Shown here: positions 59,650-64,000 of the stretch, piece by piece
Numbering within the stretch: the first letter of the stretch is position 1
How the letters are laid out: every line of letters starts with the position of its first letter
From: Eledone cirrhosa
Lineage: Eukaryota
Reading direction: 5' to 3'
NCBI GenBank assembly: GCA_964016885.1
Contig: OZ024740.1
Span: 116,188,001-116,252,000, forward strand
Length of the DNA: 64,000 bases
Made by a program: the position numbers and the translations under genes
Notes under the pieces: model-generated
Databases searched by the model: none
What the model was told of the DNA's origin: nothing
The model's input: only the letters and a program-made list of their open reading frames with translations

Positions 59650-60070
59650 TTTGGTTTCTGATTTAGGCACAAGGCCAACAATTTTGGTGGAGAGGAAAGT
59701 CGATTAAATCGATCCCAGTGCATTACTTGTACTTTGTTTTATCGACCCCGTAAGGATGACAGGCAAAGCTAACCTCAGCAGGATTTGAACTCAGATTCTA
59801 AAGGGGCGTAACTCTCTGCCATAAAGCATGTTGTTCGACGCTCCATCAATACTGCCAAACCACCGCTATATTGATAATTGTTTCTGCTTTTGGCACAAGG
59901 CCAGCAAATTATCCAGTGCATTACTGGTACTTTATTTTATCGACCCCCGTAAGGATGAAAGGCAACGTTAACCTCGGCGGGATTTGAGCTCAGAATGGCA
60001 AGGGCCGTAACTCTTTGCGTCAAAGCATGGCGTCCGACCCTCTACCGATACTGTCAATCCACCGCCCCTT
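59650..60070 (-). mobile_element. tandem SINE S1 pair
   Basis: Two near full-length copies, 59650-59868 and 59873-60070. Confidence 0.85.
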
Positions 60071-60458
60071 GATGTTGTATTGACAATAATGTTTAGTCAG
60101 ACCGTCCATAACGGTTTTGTGTGTGAGTGTGTATGTTTTATAGCATGTTGGGTCTTGGGTCTTGTGTCTTCTTGTCTTCTGACTTGAGAAGACAGGCAAC
60201 TATTTTTATTGTAAAAGGTAAAGAATCAATCATCATATTGGACCAAATAAACACTGTTTCCATTGCTGATACTATCAGCTAGCAACATCTGTCAGTGGCT
60301 GCAACGTGAAATACAACATTTTGCTGAAGACTACAACACGCAACCTAGTCCAGGTATTGAACCAACGGTTTTATGATCGCAGGTCCACAGCCTAACCACT
60401 AAACCAAGTTTATATTTACAACTGTGTTTAGTTAGAGAGTCCATAGCTGTATTGAATA

Positions 60459-60550
<92 letters not shown>

Positions 60551-60996
60551 AGAAATGTTGTGTCTTCTGACATAAGAGAGTAGACGGACAACAAACCGAT
60601 AGAATGTCGCCAACACGACGACAGTTTCAGCAACTTACCCTGACTTTACTTTCTACCAAACAGTGAGTTTGTTGTTAAAGAGCTCTGCTGTGCTTACTAC
60701 AACTGTGTATATTATAAGTGAAATATTAGTATACGACATACATCTCCATGCAAATAGATGGGTGAAAACAACGTTTAAACTGGCAATAGTAGAGTTGGGT
60801 GGGGAGAGTGCCTAGCAAGAAGGTAGAGAGAGTCAGAGAGGGAGAGAGAGAGAGAGAGAGGGAAAGAGAGGGGGAGAGAGAAAGAGAGAGAGAGAACAGG
60901 ATGGCTAAGGGATTATAGAAGTAGCTAATGATGAACAAGTGACATTTTTAGGGCTGACGAAAATGTGTGTGTGTATGTGTACACACACACACACAG

Positions 60997-61038
<42 letters not shown>

Positions 61039-61726
61039 GATACACACACATACACACATATTTATGTAAACATATATACATCATTAATGCATATATACAT
61101 GCATATCATACTAACATACACAAATACCACATACATACATACAGACATACATACATACATACATACATACATACATACATACATACATACATACACCCTT
61201 ATTTCAACGGCTTGTGTGCACACATACAAACAGACTGCTCACAGATAATATGAATAAACGCTGTTGGAGCACCAATACTGATTTTTTTTAATTTAAGCCG
61301 GGCTGGCTACCGCTCCATATGTAAATGAGCTTTATCAGCTCATATACATAAACGAGAAATCCATAAAATTCTAGCTTATTTTTGTCTCAGCGGAAAGTAG
61401 ATGGATATGTAGATGGATTGATAACCGCCAACAAGTGATGGAAAGTAGATGGAAAGTAGATGGATTGATAACCGCCAACAAGTGAGAAACAACGCGTTAT
61501 CGATTAATTCCCCCTTGTTTATTAGCTGAGGCTAGGATACTTGACGGTGGCCACAACGTTAAAAATTCATAGCACAAGGCTGTCAAATGTTTTTCATAAA
61601 CATCCTGTATATATATATGTTTTTTAATGTTGACGTATGTGGTTCGGTGAAAAAAAAATGTTATTATCATATAACAAATATATAAGATTAAATAAATGTA
61701 ATCTGAGTTTTTCAAATAGTAATAAT

Positions 61727-61897
61727 TGTTTCTACTTTTGGCACAAGGCAGCAAATACCCAGTACATTACTGGTACTTTATTTTATCGACCTCGTAAGGA
61801 TGAAAGGCAAAGTTAACCTCAGCGGGATTTGAACTCAGATCGTAAAGGGACGTAACTGTACTGGAAAGCATGTCTGACCCTCTACCGATACTGCCAA
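61727..61897 (-). mobile_element. SINE S1 with 17-bp TSD, nested in family E
   Basis: tttcaaatagtaataat at 61710-61726 and 61898-61914. Confidence 0.85.
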
Positions 61898-62014
61898 TTT
61901 CAAATAGTAATAATAACATTCGATTCGTTTGCAATTATGCAAACAAGCCTCATTTTTAAAGCCATGTCAGTAGAATGAACCCTTCATTCTTGCTCTTGTG
62001 TTGGCATGTAAACA

Positions 62015-62064
62015 GAACTGCAGACACTAATGTGTCTGGGTATCACCCTTCATCAGTACAGCTC
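62015..62064 (-). ncRNA. type I hammerhead, mutated (GAAA->GACA)
   Basis: gagctgta-CTGATGA-a gggt gat accc a-GACA-cattagtg-TC-tgcagttc. Confidence 0.7.
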
Positions 62065-62299
62065 ACTGTTCCCCTGCCAACTTCCAGAGCTAGTGAAAAT
62101 ATATACGATTTTAGAAAATATACAATGACTGATCGGCCTGATTTGCATATTAGCAGACTGGCTGATCAGTCAGATCTGCATATTAGTAGATCCACTGATC
62201 AGCCAGATTTGCATATCAGCAGACTGACCAGTCAGTTTCCTGTATACGAGCCATGAATGGCCGGCTTTGTCACGTTCATATTTAAAAAAAAAAAAAAAA

Positions 62300-63075
62300 T
62301 TATTCTTTTATTTTTTTATTTTATTTTATTATTTTATTTTATTATTTTATTTTTTTATTTTATTATACAATGATGGCAATATGAAAAAGACATAACAAAA
62401 TTAAGTAATGAAAAGAGTGGGAAAGCGGGTAAAGAAGGGCAGATCTAGCTGTATAGGAAAGGTCTATAAATACCATAAATGAGAGGAAAATGAGGGACAA
62501 AGCAGGGAATGTTAAGCAAGGGAAGAGAGGGAGAGGGAATGGGAGAGAGTGATGGGCTCTATGCCAAGGGTAAGGTGGTGTTTTGGCTGCGCTCCACGGA
62601 CAAAATTGCAAAAACATTTCCACTTTAAATGTTCAGCACCAACCACCCCACCTCATGGTCCTCCTTCATCAGACGGGCAGCTGACGCTCCAATTTTACAG
62701 ACCTCAGCAGTACGGGGTCCGAGGAGTCCAGAGGTCTCGACGGCGACCGGTGCGAAGAGAAAGCGGCTGGACAAACCACGGTATTTGCTTGTCCTCCTTT
62801 CCTCTGCATTGCGGGCCGCAGTACCGGGGTTTGTGGCCGAAGCGACTAGTTGGAGGCGGATAACGTGTCACAATATTTGGCGTCCCAGATGAGGCATTTA
62901 CCTCCTTCGAATGCGAGGAGGGTAATTCCGCTGGGGTGCTTTCCGTCTCCGCGGTCGAGGCCTACTGGCTCCAATTGAGATGAGAAGTCAGTGGTATCCA
63001 GGCTCCTTCTGGATCGTTGTGAGCAGCATGTCGGTGGAACCGGCCTGCGCTCTGGCATCCGATATACAACACCTA
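62300..63075 (-). mobile_element. CRE-like RLE LINE 3' fragment
   Basis: LEPVGLDRGDGKHPSGITL..LIWDA..CDT, then AARNAEERRTSKYRGL..FAPVAVETSG; A-rich tail at about 62300-62365. Confidence 0.75.
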
Positions 63076-63189
63076 CAGACACACACATACACACACACCA
63101 CAAACACACACACACACATATATATACATATATACATATATATACATATATATATACATATATATATTATTATTATTATTATTGTTATT

Positions 63190-64000
63190 ACTCTTTGAGT
63201 CTCAGTCATTGATGTTAGTTAACTGGAAAGTTTGTTGAGATGAATATCAAGCCACTACCTGCAGCCTCAGATATTCAGGACGTATCGGAAGGTTCTTGCT
63301 GTTCCCAGCAAGCATGCCTTTTGAAGCGTTCCAAAAAGCGTGAGGGGGCCAATTTTCGTTAACCATCCCTGGAAACTTTTTGAGATAGTCCCTAGTGCGC
63401 CTATGACAATCGGGATCACTTTGACTTCATGGCAGTTCCAAATCCTTTTTACCTCCCACTTTAAGTCCTGGTATCGGTTAATTTTCTCCCTCTCCTTCTC
63501 TTGCACTCTCGTGTCGAATGGGCAGGCCACATCCACATTCAGGCACGATCTTTTTTCTTTGTCCAAAACCACCAGGTCAGGTCTATTGTGTTCCAGTTTC
63601 TTGTCCGTCTGTATCCTAAAATCCCACAGCACCTTCACCTGATCGTTGTCTATCACCGCCTCTGGCTTATGCTCATACCACTTCTCAGAATGTGGTAAAT
63701 TGTTTACTTTGCATAGGTGCCAGTGGATCACCCTGCCCATCAGATCATGTCTCCAGCCCTTATAGTGAGTCTGGGCTAGGTGTTTACACTCAGATACAAT
63801 GTGATGCACAGTCTCCTCTCTCTCTCTCCACAGATCCTGCACAGTGGGCTAGCCTCCTCCTTGTAAATGTGGTGTTTCAACCACTTCGTTTTGAGAGCTT
63901 GCTCCTGCGCAGCCATTAGCATTCCTTCTGTAGCCTTTTTAAGGTCTCCTCTTTTCAACCAGTTCCATGTCTGTGGATCTCTAAATTCAGTTTTCTCAAA
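63190..64000 (-). mobile_element. R4/Dong-like RLE LINE 3' part (continues beyond the window)
   Basis: AAQEQAL.T, CRICG..EETVHHIVSEC, RHD, HNRPDLVV, DVACP, K..Y..L; frameshift in a (GA)n run; 3' end abuts (TAA)n. Confidence 0.88.

Larger units (their letters stand above)
61690..62285 (-). mobile_element. family E copy 2, interrupted by a SINE
   Basis: Reverse complement of 25060-25470. Confidence 0.8.

Overview
This is AT-rich eukaryotic DNA saturated with microsatellites: (TA)n, (CA)n, (GA)n, (GATA)n and (TAA)n. The SINE families and repeat landscape resemble an octopus/cephalopod genome; that is inference, not a search result. No host protein-coding exon can be supported, so the window is probably intronic or intergenic, and almost all short ORFs in the track are microsatellite artefacts. 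Recognisable elements: a 6.5-kb degenerate Helitron with both termini (14972-21477, -); two Penelope-like elements (PLEs) in tandem in one (TA)n tract (33310-37478, -), the second carrying a GIY-YIG frame absent from the ORF track; a near full-length L1/Tx1-type LINE (45087-50361, -); fragments of RTE, CRE-like and R4/Dong-like LINEs; many tRNA-derived SINEs; and a few MITEs. The main hidden signal is RNA-structural. Six unrelated type I hammerhead ribozymes with intact cores, plus about seven point-mutated or variant copies, sit in short, mostly (TA)n-embedded mini-elements, several of which are fold-back palindromes. This suggests a diverse set of non-autonomous, ribozyme-bearing, TA-targeting elements mobilised by PLEs. 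All folding and alignment was done by eye, and element boundaries are approximate unless termini are quoted.
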